Below are positions 21,299-36,200 of a stretch of DNA of 64,000 nt, piece after piece (within the stretch, counting starts at the first letter, position 1; the number at the start of each line of letters is the position of its first letter). The stretch lies in the NCBI GenBank assembly GCA_949358305.1, contig OX442314.1, positions 8,122,001 through 8,186,000 of the forward strand, given 5' to 3'. Made by a program: the position numbers and the translations under genes. The notes under the pieces are model-generated. The model did no database searches, was not told where the DNA came from, and saw only the letters and a program-made list of their open reading frames with translations. This DNA comes from Strigamia acuminata. Taxonomy: Eukaryota.

Positions 21299-24200
21299 TT
21301 AGACAATCATTTCTTTATCTGTCCTCTGAATACTCTGGTTGACTTTCTGTTTGCTCAAATTCATTTCCTTGTCGCAGTTTTTCTTTGGAAGTCCGTTGTG
21401 TGGCAGTACGTTGTTGGCGTCGTGGGCCTGCGACTTGCAGAACCGACTGGCAATGTCTTTCTCGCTCTGTTTCGCGCATTTCTCCTTCTCTCCGTCTTTG
21501 TCTTTGTCTTTCTCGTCGAAACTGATCTCGAGCATTTCCGTCGACTCGCTCGAGCCCATCGTGCACGACTTCATGTTGAGGGGGTTGCAGTATCGGCGCA
21601 GGTTCTCCTCGTTCTGGTTGTTCGATTTCATCTCGGCGCCCTCGTTCGTGATGCCGCCGTGCTCGGCGTCGCGGCCGCCGAGGAAGGAGCACTTGGCTTG
21701 TTTGCGTCGGTTGTGCCATAAAAGGAGGACGACCATGGCGAGGAGGATGGCGATGGCGAGAGGCGAGCACACGAGAGCCACGATGGATGAGTTGTCTAGA
21801 AAATAACCGAAATTTATGAGAAAAAAGGATTGAAAATGATTAAATAAACGAAAATTGTGAGAAAAAAAGAATTGAAAATGATTAAATAAACGAAAATTGT
21901 GAGAAAAAAAGAATTGAAAATGATTAAATAAACGAAAATTGTGAGAAAAAAAGAATTGAAAATGATTAAATAAACGAAAATTGTGAGAAAAAAAGAATTG
22001 AAAATGATTCAATAAACAAAAATTGTGAGAAAAAAGAATTGAAAATGATTAAATAAACGAAAATTGCGAGAAAAAAAGAATTGAAAATGATTAAATAAAC
22101 GAAAATTGCGAGAAAAAAAGAATTGAAAATGATTAAACGGTAGAATTTGACAATAAAAGTTAGAAAAAATAATAAAATCATAAAACAAGCCAAACCAAAT
22201 CTCTCACAAAACCATCTTCCCTTACTTTTAATTTGCTTAGTCAACAAAGCAGTCTCCAACTTCACTTCAACCACGGCCGCCAAACTCGACACATTCGACA
22301 ACTTCCTAGATATGAAATCCGCCAAACTTCGCGCAACATCATTGACTCCATTCTCGAGATCTTCCTCCGTCGACTAAACCAAAAGAACAAAAACATAAAT
22401 TAAAAACAAACATAAAAACAAAAACAAAAAACACTCTTTAAATTACCACAGTCACTTCCAACGTGTCATCAAAACCGTTCTTCACATCGCACAAAACGTA
22501 CATGTCACTAGCTATCTCCGCTCTGCCCAACACCGACAGTGACCGCAACTGCGCACAAACGCTGTGCACCGAAGTTCCCTAAAAAAAAAATTAAAATTAA
22601 AATAAAATAAAATGAATAAATTCGCAAAAACTCACTTTGGGTAGCTTAGTGCGCTCGAACAAAAGCGTGATCTTTGCACACCGACTCGTGACCGTGGCGC
22701 GATTGGGCACGCACTCCTTGACCGGGAAATCCAGCCGACTCGCCGCCACCACCTCGTTCCTCGCCGGCCGACACTCGCCCCAACGTGGACACGGAGGCGA
22801 AATACACAGCTCCGACGACAACACTTGGCAAATCTCGTCCTCGCGACACTTCAACGACGTTTTCGACGCCAAACAATTGGGCAGGCCGCACCAAACCTGC
22901 AATAAAATCGATTAAATTCGATTAAAGTCGATTTTTTTAAAAATAGAATTAATTTTATTACTTTTCCGCACTGCACGTGGCCATTGTTGCAAGTGCAAGT
23001 GTTGCACTCGTCGAGCCAGCTGTCGTTGTGTATGTGGATTTTGCCTTTTCGGACGCAGGGCAGACGGTTTCGAGCCTCCAAATTGTCGGCGTTTACTGTA
23101 AATGCGGGAAAATGTGAAAAATTTTGTTTTTGTTTATGTTCGGATTTTTCTTCGTTTACGTTTGTCGCAGAGTCGTCCGGACCGACCGGCGGCGCAAACG
23201 CATCGGAATTCGCCGATGCCGTCGACGCAGGTGCTTCCGTCGGCGCAGGGGGAGGAGGAACATTCGTTGAGGTTGACGCGGCAGTCAGGGCCGGAGAAAC
23301 CGCGAGCACATTCGCAGAGAAACCAGTTGACGCCGTCGATGCACTTGCCGCCGTTAAAACACGGATATGGATTGCAGTCGTTGATATCTGGCAGAACAGA
23401 AATTGGAAATTAACACAAAAATATAAATAAAAAAATTAATCCATAATTAGTCCAAAAATGCCAAAATTGATTCAAAAATGCCAAAAATTAATTAAAATTT
23501 TGCAAAAATGCTAAAAATTGATCAAAAATGCCAAAAATTAATTAAAATTTTGCAAAAATGCTACAATTTTTGCAAAAGTGCTAAAAATTGATCAAAAATG
23601 TCAAAAATTAATTAAAATTTTTGCAAAAGTGCTAAAAATTGATCAAAAATGCCAAAAATTAATTAAAAAATTAAAATTAAAAATTAATTAAAATTTTTGC
23701 AAAAGTGCTAAAAATTGATCAAAAATGCCAAAAATTAATTAAAATTTTGCAAAAATGCTAAAATTTTTGCAAAAGTGCTAAAAATTGATCAAAAATGCCA
23801 AAAATTGATCAGAAAATGCTCAAATTAATCTAAAAATGGCAAAATTTATCCAGAAAAACCCAAAAAAGTAAACAAAAAAACATGACAAATAAATGCAAAA
23901 TTTTTTTTTTCCATTTGTTCGACGTACTGTGTTCGCACGCAAGTCCTTCGAAGCCCTCTTTGCATATGCAGGAAAAAGAGTCGCCAATATTGACGCACGT
24001 CGCACCATTTTTGCAGGGATTTGAACCGCACGCCGGATTTTTAGCTTCAAAAAGAAAGAAGAAAAAAAATGAGTTTGAGCGAGGTCACCTAAGTCGACAT
24101 AAGTCGAGTTAGTTTTTTTATTCTACGTACCTATGTGACAAGTGTCCCCTACCCATCCCTCTTTGCAGTGACATACGAAATGGTCTCCTCTGTCTTCACA

Positions 24201-27200
24201 CGTGCCGCCGTTGTTGCACGTGTCCAAATCGCAATGTCCGTGCCCTGAAATGACAAAAATTCCATATTAATATCGAAGCATCGACAGATAGAAAATATAA
24301 TTTATATTTGTTACGGTGCATCATGGGCCAGCAGTCTGGTTCTGGTTCCCATGATGCACCACTAAATATTCGCTAAATATTAAAGTTTTAGAAGTACAGT
24401 ACCCAAATCATTAATTTTTTAAAAGTAAATCATGATTTCTTGATTTTCTTAAAAGTAAATCATGATTTCTTGATTTTCTTAAAAATAAATCATGACTTCT
24501 TGATTTTCTTAAAAGTAAATCATGACTTCTTGATTTTTTTTAAGGTAAATCACGATTTTTTAAGGGTAAAAATCATGATTTCTTGATTTTTTAAGAGTAA
24601 AATCATGATTTCTTCATTTTTTAAGAGTAAAATCATGATTTCTTCATTTTTTAAGAGTAAAATCATGATTTCTTCATTTTTTAAGATAAAAATTATGATT
24701 TCTTGTTTTTTTTTTTTTAAAGTAAATCCTGTTTTCTTAATTTTCTAAGGTACCGATAATTTTTTTTTTTTTTAAAGTGAATCCTGTTTTCTTGATTTTC
24801 TAAGGTAAGTTCAATTTTTTTTTAAAAGTAAATCCTGTTTTCTTGATTTTCTAAGGTAAGGTCAATTTTTTTTTAAAGTAAATCATGATTTCTTAATTTT
24901 CTTAAAAGTAAATCATGATTTCTTTATTTTTTTAAGGCAAAATCACGATTTCTTCATTTTTTAAAATAAAAATTATGATTTCTTCATTTTTTTAAAAGCA
25001 AATCCTATTTTCTTCATTTTCTAAGATGAAATCATGATTTCTTAATTTTTTAACGTAAATTCAATTTTTTTTAAAAGTAAATCCTGTTTTTTTTTTTAAA
25101 CCAAAATCCCAATTCTTAAATTTTTAAAACTAAATCCCCATTTCTCGATATTCTAACCTAAATCATAATTTAAAAAAAAAAAAAAAAAAAATCATAATTT
25201 TTCAAGATAAATCCCGATTACTTCATTTCTAGTGACTAAATCCTAACCCAAACACCCACAAAACCACCCACCCAACGAAAAAAATCCCCCTAATCGCTTT
25301 CCCCGCCAAACAAACCAAAATTTCATAAAAATTCTTCACACATACTCAAAGAACACGTTTTTCCTTTCCACCCGAATTTACACTCGCATCGAAAATCCGC
25401 ATTTCCATCAACGCAACTCCCATTGTTTTGACACGGATTCGTCTCGCATTCATTTTTATCTAAAAAAATAAAAAAATAAATAAAAAAAAAATTATAAAAA
25501 AAATAAATAAATTACAAAATAATAATACAACACAAAAAAAAACCCCCGGAGCCGCGAAACTGGCGAGCCGTCAAGGTAAAGAGAAGCTGCCGCTCGCGAC
25601 CCCTCCTTTTGACCCCCTGGTGAGCTACTGTGAGGACTCCAGCCCACATTCCAAGACTCACTCCCGACTCCTCCACTCCACCGAGATAGATAACATCTGC
25701 CAGACAAGCCAAGCCAGGTCTGCGTCATTAACATACAAATTGTATCGCCCGCTCCACTCCGCTCCTTTTCTTTACGTCGCTTCCCACCATCAAATCCGTG
25801 CACACTTTTTTCAATCTTTTTCTTTCTTTCTTTCTTTCTTTTTTCTTTTTTTCTTTTGCTTTCAATCCTTTGCTACTTGCAAATTAGTTTATGAGGTTAC
25901 AGGTCGAGGTTTTCGAGTTTGTTTCATTTAGCAGCGAATTCGATAGTGGGGAGAAGAATAAATCGATGTTTCGGTCGATAAAATGGAATAAAATCGATTT
26001 TTTTAAAATTTTTTTTATGGTATATTTTTTTTGAAGTCTAGAAATTTTGAAGAAAAATAGAAAACTTTGAATTTTATTTTTTTTTTTTATGGAATATTTT
26101 TTTTGAAATTTAGAAATTTTTAAGAAAAAGCGAAAAATTTGTCTAAAAATCGAAAAAATTTGTCTAAAAATCGAAAGATTTGTCTAAAAATCGAAAGATT
26201 TGTCTAAAAATCGAAAGATTTGTCTAAAAATCGAAAGATTTGTCTAAAAATCGAAAGATTTGTCTAAAAATCGAAAGATTTGTCTAAAAATCGAAAGATT
26301 TGTCTAAAAATCGAAAGATTTGTCTAAAACTCGAAAGATTTGTACAAAAATCGAAAAGTTTGTACAAAAATCGAAAAGTTCGCACAAAAATCGAAAAGTT
26401 TGTATAAAAATCGAAAAGTTTGTCTAAAAATCGAAAAGTTTGTCTAAAAATCGAAAGTTTGTCTAAAAATCGAAAAGTTTGTACAAAAATCGAAAAGTTG
26501 TACAAAAATCGAAAAGTTTGTACAAAAATCGAAAAGTTTGTACAAAAATCGTAAAATTAATATAATAAAATCGAAAAATTGATATAAAAATCGATAATAC
26601 TGAATATAAATAAAAACTTAAATTCCGATTAAAAAAAAATCGATAACTAACTCAAAATCATCGAACAACGAACAAAACCAATTTCTTAAAAACCACTTCC
26701 AAAACCATTCAAAACAACATCGATATTTATTCCTTCAAAACCGATACTTACTAAGATGGCAGACAGTTCCTTCCCATCCGTCCGTACAAATGCAATGATA
26801 CGAATTAACCCCGTCGACGCAAGTCCCTCCATTATGACACATTTTCCCCGCACAATCATTTATATCTACACAAACAAAAAAACAAACAAACATTAATCAC
26901 CAAAACAAAAAAAGAAATCCCGATCAAACCCGAGATGAACTTTATTCATGTCGGCCATGACGGCGAATAACTCATCGCCAATCCATCCGCGCCGCCATAA
27001 CTAACCCTAATCGAACTACTTTATCGGGCCCACGCCTAGCCCGCGAAGGGCGAAAAGGCGTCGCCCGACAACGTAGGGCCCCCGAAAACGAGGCCAAGTC
27101 CCCCGCCGCGACGGATGGCGAGCAAATTACAAATTCAAAACCGAACTACTCACTTTCGTGACAATATCGACCGGTGTACCCCGGGTGGCACTGGCAGGTG

Positions 27201-30200
27201 AATGCGCCGTCGGGTTTGCTGATGCACGTGCCGTGCTCGCCGCAGATGTTGGTGGCCACGTACACGACGGCCGACGTCGAGTTCGACGGGACCGGAACCC
27301 GACAACTGTCGACCACTGAACATACAGAGAAATTAACATCGATTAAGTTTGTTTATCTCGTCTAAACCAGTCTAAAACGCTTTGTTTATATTGTATTAAC
27401 CCTTAACATAAGGGTAAAAATATACAAAAAGGATCACAAAGAATTTTTCAGCAACTAGTGGTGGTTTTAAACACTACTGGTAAAAGCCGAAAGCTGTTAA
27501 CTGAAGCGCTCTTTACTAAGCCAGCTGACAGTTTTGCCTAGACTTTGACCGATATCGATATTTTGCAGTATCGCCGATACCGATAATCGGCAAATTAAAA
27601 TTAAAATTAAAATGTCCGACCCCTGGAGGTGGAAGAATGACTCTAGCTGTGTAAACGGGTTGTGAAGAGCTATGGGACTTGTTTGGCATATCGTGTGGTA
27701 CTGTATCTCAGCAATCGAATAAAGAGTTAGAGTTCAAGATGGAGTCAAGGAATGTCAGTAGTGACAAAGGATATGAGTGTGCTGTTTGGTGCCAAGACCT
27801 TAATATTATTTCGCCGAGGCAACGAAGCAACAAAGAAATCAAAATATGTACTCTTGCGGTGGTTAGGTGCATTTTTAGGACTGCTTTTAGGAGTTGGTTT
27901 AACCCCTTTACGTCCATGTTTTTTTATGCAACTGCGGGTGTATAGGTGTACAGTCGAATCTCGTTATAACGAGACTTTGACTGTATCAGGATTTCAAGTG
28001 AATTTCTAAAAACGGTTTTTATAAATTTTCCAGATTTGCTACAATTGGCGAGACAATTTGTAAGATATTGTGGATTTCCCGAATTTCGTCATTTTGGGGA
28101 ATGGTAAGATTTACAAGATTTTAAAGATTTACTAAAGGCTTCAGGGATTTTCTGTGGAATTTGCTACGCTGCCATCATCACAATTTCAGGTGGGATTTCT
28201 TTAAAGATTCTGCTACAATCTCTTAATCAATTTCTAAGATTTCATGGATTTTCAGGATTTCGTGAGATTTCATGTAAATCCAAAACCTCACGGGAAAATC
28301 GAGCAAATCCAACATGAAATAGAACAAATCAGCAGAAAATCTAATAAATCAGATGCAAATCAACTGGAAATCGAGCAAATCAGCAATAAAATGAGCAAAT
28401 CACGTGTAAATCAACTTGAAATCAAGCAAATCACGTGTAAATCACCTTGAAATCAAGCAAATCATGCACAAATCAACTTGAAATCTATGAAATCCCCTGC
28501 AAATCAAGCATAAATTGCAGTAAATCTCGCATATCATGGCATTAGAAATGGGAAAAAGCTGCCGACATGTTTCTAGCGCGGAGTGAGCCTGTCTGTCTCC
28601 CTCGGTAGAAAACAAGTTTGATGTGCATCAAAGTGAGCAGTAGCCGTCGGCTGGCATGTGGGGGCCCCTGCCCGCCCCTGCCAGTTTGGGCACTGATTAC
28701 AGAGCACAAGTTGCATTTGCAGGCCCTATCAGCCCTTGTCATCGGACCTAGGGCTGATAGGGCTGATAGGGCTCTCTCCCTGATGAGTCCTTTTAAAGTG
28801 TCCACCTCCTCCACCTTTTCCCGTGCCCACTCGCGGTTCGTTTAATCGGCTCAAGGCGCAAGTCATCAAACTCGCTCGCTCCACTCACTCACCTTGGCAA
28901 GGTGCACGTTGGCAGGGCGCGTCTCGTCTTCGGATGGAGCAATTTTTGCCCTGCCATTCCGACGAGCAGTGGCAAAAGTAGTCGCGCGCGTACGTGTTGA
29001 TGCAGTGCGCCTTGTTGTGGCACGGATTCGGGTTGCACAAGTCGTTGTCCACCTGAATCAACAAAATCAAATTAACACTTCTATTACTATTACAATTACA
29101 ATTACAACGCTTTTATCGAATCTTAACGTTTTTATTGAATTTTATGTTGAATTATAACGTTTTTCTCCATTTTATGTCAAATTAGAACGTTTTTCTCAAT
29201 TTCATGTCAAATTATAACGTTTTTCTTCATTTTTGTGTCAAATTATAACGTTTTTCTTCATTTTTATGTCAAATCATAACATTTTTGTCCATTTTATGTC
29301 AAATTATAACCTTTTTCTCCATTTTTATGTCAAATCATAACGTTTCTCATCATTTTTAAGTCAAATACTAACGTTGTCCTCACTTATTTCGTTAAATCTT
29401 AACGTTTTGCTCATTTTTTCGTTAAATTTTAACGTTTTCCTCATTTATTTCGTTAAATCTTAACCTTTTCCTCATTTATTTCGGAAAATTTTAACGTTTT
29501 CCTCATTTTTTCGTTAATTTTTAACGTTTTTACGATATTTGGGTCAATCATCATAACGTAATTTCGACAGATTTTTCCGATTTTAACGTAATTTCGACAG
29601 ATTTTTCCGATTTTAACGTAATTTCGACAGATTTTTCCGATTTTAACGTAATTTCGACAGATTTTTCCGATTTTAACGTAATTTCGACAGATTTTTCCGA
29701 TTTTAACGTAATTTCGACAGATTTTTCCGATTTTAACGTAATTTCGACAGATTTTTCCGTTTTTAACGTATCTACGGTGAATTGAATCGATTCGAAATTA
29801 TTTACCGCAAATTATAACGTGCTGACGAATCCAATCACTTACAAACCTTAATTCTAACGTGACCAACCCGAATTCAAAGTTCTAAACCTCCCCGCAACGT
29901 GTCGCCGCGCCGTTAAATAAAGACCTCGTTTGCGCACTCGTAAATGTGTGCGGACAAATGTGTTAAATTCAAATATTTGACGTTGTAAATCTGTTGTAAC
30001 GTGTGCACTCGCATCCCCCGAGCGCCTGCATTAACGAGCACAAACACTGTAATTTAGTTGCGCCCATCAAGGTGATAAACAATTCACAATTGCAACCGCA
30101 TTTTGCTTCTTCCCAGCACAAACTCAACGACAGCGTCCCTTTTTTCGCCTTTTAATCAACAAAATGGCCGACGCTCGCTTCATTAACTCTTGCGCAATCA

Positions 30201-33200
30201 CGGGTCACTCGGGTTTACAACGTGTGGAAAAATAACAGAAAGCGAGCGAGATAAACAACTCCGTGGCACTCACTAATTAGACATTTCGTAAAAATATTAA
30301 ATAAAAATTTTTTTTTTTAAAGTTTAATCCAATTAGCCGAATTGCAAGAGTGAAATGTGAAGTAAAAAAAGTGGACATGTACGCCCCAAATGACCCGTGT
30401 TTAAATCGCATTCGTCGCGCCTCCAAATTTTGAGCTTTGAAATTACGTTGGTTTGCGAGCTTTTGCTGCTAATCGTGTTTTTAATTCGGAAATGAGTTTT
30501 TCATGCTTTTTTATCTAGTTTTCCCACTCTTGAGTGTTTTTTTTTTTTTTTTTTTAGGCTTTCTAATGCACTTTTACACATTTTAATGTGTTTTTCGACA
30601 CTTTTTAAATCTTTAATGTAATTTTAGACACTTTTTGGACTTTCTAATGTAGTTTTAGACACTTTTTAGACTTTCTAATGTAGTTTTAGACGCTTTTTAG
30701 ACTTTCTAATGTAGTTTTAGACACTTTTTAGACTTTCTAATGTAATTTTAGACACTTTTTGGACTTTCTAATGTAGTTTTAGACTTTCCAATGTAGTTTT
30801 AGACACTTTTTAGACTTTCTAATGTAGATTTTAGACTTTTTAGACTTTCTAATGTAGTTTTTAGACTTTTTAGACTTTCTAAAGTAATTTTAGACACTTT
30901 TTGGACTTTCTAATGTAGTTTTAGACTTTGCAATGTAGTTTTAGACTTTCCAATGTAGTTTTAGACACTTTTTAGACTTTCTAATGTAGTTTTAGACACT
31001 TTTTAGACTTTCTAATGTAGTTTTAGACACTTTTTAGACTTTCTAATGTAGTTTTAGACACTTTTTAGACTTTCTAATGTAGTTTTAGACACTTTTTAGA
31101 CTTTCTAATGTAGTTTTAGACACTTTTAATGTGTTTTCGACTTTTTGGTGCATTATTAGGGCACTATTAATCCATTTTAGGGTCTTTTAATACATTTTTA
31201 AGTGTTTTTAGTGCATTTTTAAACCTTTTAATCTATTCTTAGGCACTTTTGATGCATTTTTCGCCAAATTTTTAGACAAAAATGTGTTTTTCACTTTTGT
31301 ATTTAATTTTCCACTTACTAAGTGCACTTTTGCGACTTTTAAACACATTTTAGACTCTACCCAAGCATTTTTTCGCCCTTTTACAAGCATCTTCCCACTT
31401 TTTCAAGCACTTATTTAATTTTACCGCACACTTCAATCAACCCCTGGCTACATTTCGCCACTTTAAACTCAGTTCTCACCTCGCACAACGATCCAGCGAA
31501 TCCCATGGAACAAATGCACTTAAAAGCGTTCACCAAATCCACGCATTCGCCTCCGTTCTGGCACGGCCCGCCCTCGCACTCGTTGATATTCGTCTGGCAA
31601 TCTCTTCCGGTGAACCCGGGCGAGCATGCGCAGTGATAATCGTTGACCAAATCGATGCACGTCGCCCCGTTGCCGCACTGGCCCCTGCAATCGTTCGTGT
31701 TCTGCTCGCAGTTCTTCCCCGTCCATCCGGCGCGACAAACGCACTCGTAGTCGCCAATCAGGTTGTTGCAACTCAGCGCGTTCACGCACGGCTTGTCCGA
31801 ACATTCGTTCGCGTCTGTCGTGTTGTTTCCAAGCCGGAATAAAAGGCGACCGGTAAATAAAAAGAAAATAAGTTAGTCTCACTTTGTACTTGAAGAGAAG
31901 AGCGTTTACATGCGGATGCAGCGATGCAATTGAGTTTCAATACAAAAAGACATGACAGATAATAAAATGTTTTAAGAAGGCATGCAGTTTTTCCGAGTTT
32001 TCTCACTAGGTGGTGCACATTTACATACAATTTACAATTAAATAATTAAATAATGCCTTTGTATGCGTTAAGTGGCAAAAAATGAGTTTTTTTGGTTAAA
32101 ATTGACCATTTTTGGATTAAAATTGACCATTTTTGAGTTAAAATCGACCATTTTTGGTTAAAATTGAACTTTTTTGGGTTGAAATTAACTATTTTTGGGT
32201 TAAGAATTGATTTTATAGCCAAAAAAATTTTTTTTAGACCATAAACGCATGACTTATGCATAGAAAGCCATAATTAATGCAATTAGTGCTTAAAAATAAC
32301 ATTTTAAATAGATTTTTCTGCCTAAATCAAGCAATTTGCACCAAAATGGCAATTTTTTGGTCTTAAACGACCGTTTTTGCAACAAAACAAGTCAATTTTA
32401 TGCATAATTGGTGCATTAGCTTTCCAAAGATTGCTTATTTTGCTCTAAAAAACATTTTGTACCAAAAATAACATTATTTTTAAAATCATTTTTGAAACAT
32501 AAAATGAATTTTCATGCATAATTGGTGCATTCAGCATCCCAAAAATACAATTTTGGCATGCATAATAATCATGTTTAAACGTTTTCATAATAAAAACGAT
32601 TCAAACTCTCGAAATTATCATCAAAAGTTGACGTAAATCGGTTTAATTAGTATTTGGTCAGTTGTTTTTCGCTTCAATTCAGTTCATCAGCTTCAATTAG
32701 ATGATCAAAGTCGATATTTAATAAACGGGCATCAAGTTCTCATTACAAATTGAAAAAAAAACTGCATCCTTCTTGCCTCATTAAGGCCAGCAAACTTCAA
32801 AACTACGGAAAAATAAAACATGCCGCATTCAACTTTCATTCAATGAATAAATACACAAACAAAATAAAATGAAAATAAACAAACCAAAAAAAAAAAAAAA
32901 AGAGACAAAAAAATAATTAAATAAATAAAAAAATATGCAAATTTTTATATAAAAAAAAAAAAAAAAATCTAGTCGTTATCGTGTGAGTTTCTCACATCAA
33001 CATTTCTCGTGCAAAACAAACATGCAAAAGAGAAGTTAAAAAAAAAAAAAAAAAAAATGGCGAACGAATCAGAGTTAGGCCCGACTTACCCAGCTGGCAC
33101 CTGTTGCCATTCCAGGCAGGTGGACAGGTGCAGCGAAAGCCAGACTCTAAATCCTCACAGGTGCCTCCACGAAGGCACGGATTTGACTGGCATTCGTCTA

Positions 33201-36200
33201 CATCTAAAATGTCATTGTACCAATAAAAACTAAATTCCGTTTTCCCAATAAAAATCAAAAAAATTCGAAAAAATTCGAAAAAATTCGAAAAAATCTCAAA
33301 AAATTCTTCGAGATAATTAATTCAATTGGGATTTACAACCATCATCTCCTTCGTGCATAAACTACTTACTGGTTTGACATCTCTCCCCAGTCCAGCCAGG
33401 TGTGCACGTGCATTTGTGGCCCCCGTTCACTTCCGAGCAGGTGCCCTTGTTCAAACATGGCGACGACACGCAAGGATTTTCAGCTGTGGAAACGTAAAAA
33501 AAAATTAATACAACATAATCAACTACAAATTATACGTATCAAAGTGCCCCACTTCAAATTATAAATTCATTTCGGGTCGAAAACAAAAAATAACGGCTCA
33601 ATTTCCTTAAATTTAAAAAAATCCAACATGGCGGAGTGAAATTTGCATCGAGTCTCGGCTGGGAGAACGATAAATCGTGACGTCATCGGAATGTTTTAAT
33701 ATGCTGTCACCAGAGGAAACGAGCTTTTTTGAACGAGTTTATAAAAGGTGATTGAGTTGAGGATGAAATGCGGATCCACCCCTTCGTTTCAATGACAAAA
33801 GAATCCACCTGTGGGCGACACCTCGCTTCCGGTCAACCTTTCGACTCACCTTTCTCGCAATTAAGTCCCGAGAAACCCGTCGGACACCGGCACATGTATT
33901 CGTCCGGCGCCGTGTTCTCGCACGTGCCACCATTTCGACACGGCTCGTGCGTGCCGCAGTAGTTCAAATCTGCAGGAAAAACGGAAGAAAAACGTTAAAA
34001 TCGACGAAAATTCATGAAAATTCATGAGAAATCCAACGTATCCGGACACAAAATAAAATCAAACCACTTTTTATGCCCCATTAAATTAATTCTCCCATCA
34101 GTTTTTCTTTTTTTTTTTTTCACTTTTGATGACTGCCCCACCTTTTCCGAGTACCCAGCCCCATATTCCCAAGGCCGGGCTTTTAATATTTATGGTAAAT
34201 ATTTATGGCGGGCGATTTTTTCTTGTTTTTAAATTTTTTTTTTCAATTAAATGTTCACCCACCATAATTTATATACGCAGATAATTCGTCTCACCTTGAT
34301 CGCATAACATTCCACCCCAGTTTGTCGAACAAGTGCATTCCCATGGTTTTTCGCAGGTGCCGTGTCGACATCCGGGATACGGCACGCATTTCTCGCAGTA
34401 TCGTCCTTGCCATCCGTGCCGACATCTAAAAATCAAAAGAAAAACCGTTGTGAGAAATATAAACATATAAAATTACGTTTTTTGGGTAAAGGCTTTTACA
34501 TCGGTGCTTAAAATCCGCTGCAACAGTGCGCTATAAGGTATATTTTCACTGACTGCGCTTAAAATCGCAAATATAAGCCTTTTTACTGAGAAAATACAAA
34601 AACAAAATGTACACTTTTGTAGAGAATTAAAATCTCTACAAAACAAGATTGGTTTCAGAATTAATCGAAGCCTTTTTCATACCTAACAAAACGAATTTAA
34701 ATTTTAAGTGAACGATTTTGCGTCCATTTTAGTTTAAGTTGCCGACAGATGGCACTACCAACAGCGGAAATTTAAACAAACAAATAAAAATACTAAAATT
34801 TGCAGCAGGACGAAACCACAGTAAAATCTTGTTATCTGCAGAGCGGAACATCGATTGGCGCCACCCATCGATGTTTTTTAGAAATAATTTAGGCTTAATT
34901 TAGGGTTAATTTTTGTTTTTTAATCTTCCTGATGCGAATTGGAGGTAAGGGTGGATAAAATAAGCACATTTGCACGCGATGATGATGAATTCACATGGAT
35001 AAAATGGAGTTCCGGTTGGTAATGTTTTATTTGAGTGAAACGAGTTTTCGTTTTCTGCCCGGTTGTGTCCATTTGCAATTTTTTTTAAAAGATGGAGAGA
35101 AAAATTTAATTAGTGAAAAAATCGACAGTGGATTTCAATTAAGAAAAGAAAAGGTTATTCACCATTTTCTAGTTCACCCAGCTCACGTAGCGCACGTCAG
35201 ATTCAGTCGTTTATTAACATATTCAAGGAAATTTTGATTCCACCATTTTGCAGCGCCGTAGCAATTATTATTTTTTTTTGTTATTAATAAATTGAGATGA
35301 AATTCGTTTGTTGTGATGGGTGTGGGATAGGTATTTCAAATTATTCGCAAACAATTTCTTTTCTTTTTTTTTATGTTTGAAATTGGTCGTGTTTTGTTTG
35401 TCCAAATTCGAAAATATTAAAATGGAAATCGAAGGATGAAAAAAATTGATTTTTTTGTTGGAAATATCGAATTTTCTTTGAACAATTCATTGCTTGAAGT
35501 GGAAATTTAAGTTTTAAATGTAAAAATTAAATTTTCTAAAGTCAAATTACAACTTTTAGGATCAAGATTTAATTTTTCAAGATTTAATTTTTCAAGTAAA
35601 AATTCAAATTTTGATGTGAAAATTCAATTTTTCATGTCAAAATTCAATTTTTCATGTCAAAATTCAATTTTTCATGTCAAAATTCAATTTTTCTAAGCAA
35701 AAATTCAAATTTTCTAATCCAAAATAAAATTTTTCTAAGCAAAAATTCAATTTTTCATGTCAAAATTCAATTTTTCTAGGCCAAAATTCAATTTTTCTAA
35801 GCCAAAATTCAATTTCTAGCATCAAAATTCAATTTCTAGCATCAAATTTCAATTTCTAGCATCAAAATTCAATTTCTAGCATCAAAATTCAATTTCTAGC
35901 ATCAAAATTCAATTTTTAGCATCAAAATTCAATTTTTAGCATCAAAATTCAATTTCTACCATCAAAATTCAATTTCTACCATCAAAATTCAACTTCTTAC
36001 AACCAAAATTCAATCACCCCATTTCCATGTAAAAAAACAAAAACCATTCCCCCTTAAATTACCAACAAAAGAAATTAAAATCCACAAACCCCCTACAAAA
36101 AAAACCTAAATAAATAATAACAACAATAACAACCAGCACCAACTCCCGTTTCCGATCATTAGATTGAAAAGAACAGAAAAGGGAGTGGAATGGGTGTTGG

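Noticed and set aside
21796..22012. Repetitive N-terminus of the 237-aa ORF 21299-22012
   Set aside because: Intronic 42-bp repeat; the real exon starts at acceptor 21795.
28780..28815. CTGATGAGTCC hammerhead-like start
   Set aside because: No closing GGAC-GAAA core downstream; similar partial hits near 10045, 32684, 43439 and 52895 also fail.
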